DNA of 63,872 nucleotides, counting the filler, from Basidioascus undulatus (lineage: Eukaryota): NCBI GenBank assembly GCA_000826855.1. It is 20 parts of 20 records of this genome, joined end to end, with 100 filler letters (N's around TTAATTAATTAA, not from the genome) between each part and the next. Parts side by side here need not be neighbours in the genome. Positions count along the whole stretch, not along the records: positions 61,818 to 63,872 come from JTLS01002962.1; 19 more parts are not named here. The stretch is one strand, 5' to 3'. Of this stretch, positions 61,718-63,872 are shown one piece after another (position 1 is the stretch's first letter; each line of letters begins with the position of its first letter). The notes beneath the pieces are model-generated. The model ran no database searches. It saw only the letters and a program-made list of their open reading frames with translations, and was not told where the DNA came from. The translations under genes and the position numbers were made by a program.

Positions 61718-63359
61718 NNNNNNNNNNNNNNNNNNNNNNNNNNNNNNNNNNNNNNNNNNNNTTAATTAATTAANNNNNNNNNNNNNNNNNNNNNNNNNNN
61801 NNNNNNNNNNNNNNNNNTGATGGGCGTTAACAAGAGCGGCCTTAGCCTTCAGTTGAGCTCGAAGGAGAGGGTCAAGATGTTGTTTAGCTGAGATTGCCTC
61901 CAGGCTAGCGAACTTTAGGACTGTGGGCTGCACTGCGCTTGACGTCGGGTGTCGCCCGCCGTGTACAACATGACCGCCTTTGGTGTATGTGTTGAGTCTT
62001 ATAGCATTCTGACGTTCAGCCGTGACACTGGGGCTCTACAGACCATCGCCGCACTGCACGCTGTCCCGCCGACCCCCATGCTGTTCATGTCCAGGACAGA
62101 GTAGGCAAAATATTCAAATTCTGTTCGCATCGAAACTGATCTGCATAGCCTCCGAGTCGGTGGCCGTTGGAACAATCTGGCAGCCCGACAAGCCAAATGT
62201 ACCATCGTGCCTGCGTGCACTTTCAGCCCAGTTGAGGATATATTTGCTTTATACTGAAGCCATTTCGTATAAATCTAATTATTTTCGGCCACAGCACCGG
62301 AACACTTATGTGTAGCAGTGTGCATGTTCTACGCGCGGCAAGCCAGACTGCCTCAGTGCTTGTTACAATGTGTTTTTGTACTTCCTGCTCTAGCTTCGGC
62401 TCATTCTCAGGGCAGGACGTATTCAACAGTAGACACAAGGAAATAACTACAGGAACCTGGCTCCATCCTGTTGTGAGAGCAGTGGAAAGGGTCACCGTCA
62501 GTCACGGCTTTGCCAGGTAACCTCACTGCTTGCGTTACGAGGCCAAACCACCATCATCAACACCTCGGTCGCCACCTTCGCAAGAGTGAGATGGCAGGCA
62601 GAGAGGATAGAACTTGGCTCTATTTGGAGCGTATCAACTTGATACCTGTACAGCCATGGAGTCTAAAAGATACATATACGCGGAGATCCAATCTCACAGT
62701 GGAAAAGAAAGAGGGGACCAGGAACCAAGAAACAGACGGCCGGTACAATCCATTGCCTTCCGGAGTGCTGTTGGATACACATGACTCGTACATGGACATA
62801 CGGACTTCGAACACACTCCCATTCTTAGGGTGGCTTGAAAGCTAGATAGAGCTTCGAAGGATCAGCGAACCCGTCCACAGTATGTAGGTGGTCCCACACA
62901 GTCTGTCGTTTGATAACTCGCGCTCAGTTGTCAACGCGAGCAGGCGCTTCAAACTTAAGGTACCACTGCCGCATGCTCGGAACTACGGAGCACAATAACC
63001 CTCAAAGCCAATGCACCCTCAACGTCCCCATGAACTCTTCCTCAAACCCGGGATGGCCCAGCTGGGCTCCTACGCCTCCATGAGCGCGCCTCCAACTACT
63101 GGCGGCTGCTTTTTCCTGTCCATTTCACTTTCGCTTTGTCCGTTGACGGGGCCATGTGATTGACAACGGTCCATTGTATCCCCCATCCCATGATCCTAAT
63201 TGCTGGAGAAGACGCCCCTGCATGCTCCCTTTGCCTTGGCACAGCCCTGCACTGGCGAGAGATACGCACCACGCCTGTCCAGTCCATTTTGCATTGCTTT
63301 GAAGCGCGACCAGGGGCAACCGCTGTGTCGTCATAAAAGGTTTGGTGGGTCAGCAAACA

Positions 63360-63366
63360 TATAAAA
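63360..63366 (+). promoter_or_regulatory. TATA box upstream of laccase
   Basis: TATAAAA about 80 bp upstream of ATG 63444, followed by a CT-rich tract. Confidence 0.6.
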
Positions 63367-63443
63367 GGTCTGGTCTTCAAGCATGCTTTCTCCAACTGTC
63401 ATCCCTCTTCTCTTCGATCTTCACACTCTCTTCCAAGCCAGCT

Positions 63444-63842
63444 ATGCGCCTCTTACATACAATCTTCACGCTCTCTGCTCTCCTTGTACTCTCTGCTAAT
63501 GTTGCGTGCTCAACTCACCGGCATGGCGCTCATCATCTAATTCACGGGCTCGCTCAACATCTAATTCACGGGCTCGCTCATCATCCAACTCACAGGCATG
63601 GCGCTCATCAACCCTACGACTACGTGGACCGCAGCGTTTTCCCCCAGCGCCCAGGCATGGTCCGCAAATACAGCTTGGACATCGGCAATGCCGTGATTTC
63701 CGCCGATGGCTTCCCACGTTCCGCCACAGTCGTAAACGGCATCTTCCCCGGGACGCTGATCGCCGCCAACAAGGGCGACACCCTCAGCATCAACGTTACC
63801 AACAGCTTGACCGACCCGACGATGCGCAGGAGTACTTCAATC
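63444..63842 (+). CDS. Laccase / multicopper oxidase, first exon (not in ORF track; gene runs off the window)
   Basis: Signal peptide MRLLHTIFTLSALLVLSANVAC, His-rich repeat, then YSLDIGNAVISADGFPRSATVVNGIFPGTLIAANKGDTLSINVTNSLTDPTMRRSTSI. GTGAGA donor lies exactly where the HWHG copper motif normally follows. Confidence 0.88.
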
Positions 63843-63872
63843 GTGAGACTTTTCTTTCCTTTTACTACCCCG

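Noticed and set aside
62040..63020. Metal-response elements (TGCRCNC) upstream of the laccase
   Set aside because: Only about two matches noticed in 1.6 kb, roughly what chance gives for this short degenerate motif.

Overview
Eukaryotic, GC-rich, intron-dense basidiomycete-type fungal DNA, not a continuous locus. It is about 20 separate contigs joined by artificial 100-bp N/TTAATTAATTAA/N linkers: mostly ~2.0-2.1 kb, plus one 22.6-kb contig at 10956-33544. Gene adjacency is only meaningful within a contig. Recognisable genes, mostly partial and spliced: ATG11, ASF1, SHO1, inositol monophosphatase, two head-to-head TRK K+ transporters, Med9-like, RPL19, an FMO pseudogene and an intact FMO, EMC1, POL5, UBA2, RhoGEF-BAR, Tbf1-like telobox Myb, a kelch protein, NOP14, PBP1, a decayed GNAT-ankyrin gene, MRPL20, BBC1-like and a laccase. 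There are also tRNA-Phe(GAA) and tRNA-Leu(AAG). The best candidates for something little explored are an intron-containing P-loop kinase + ATP-dependent RNA ligase fusion (RNA-repair type, not Trl1), the divergent TRK paralog pair, and a laccase with a His-rich repeat extension. All calls come from motif recognition by eye; no searches were run, and exon boundaries are approximate unless stated.
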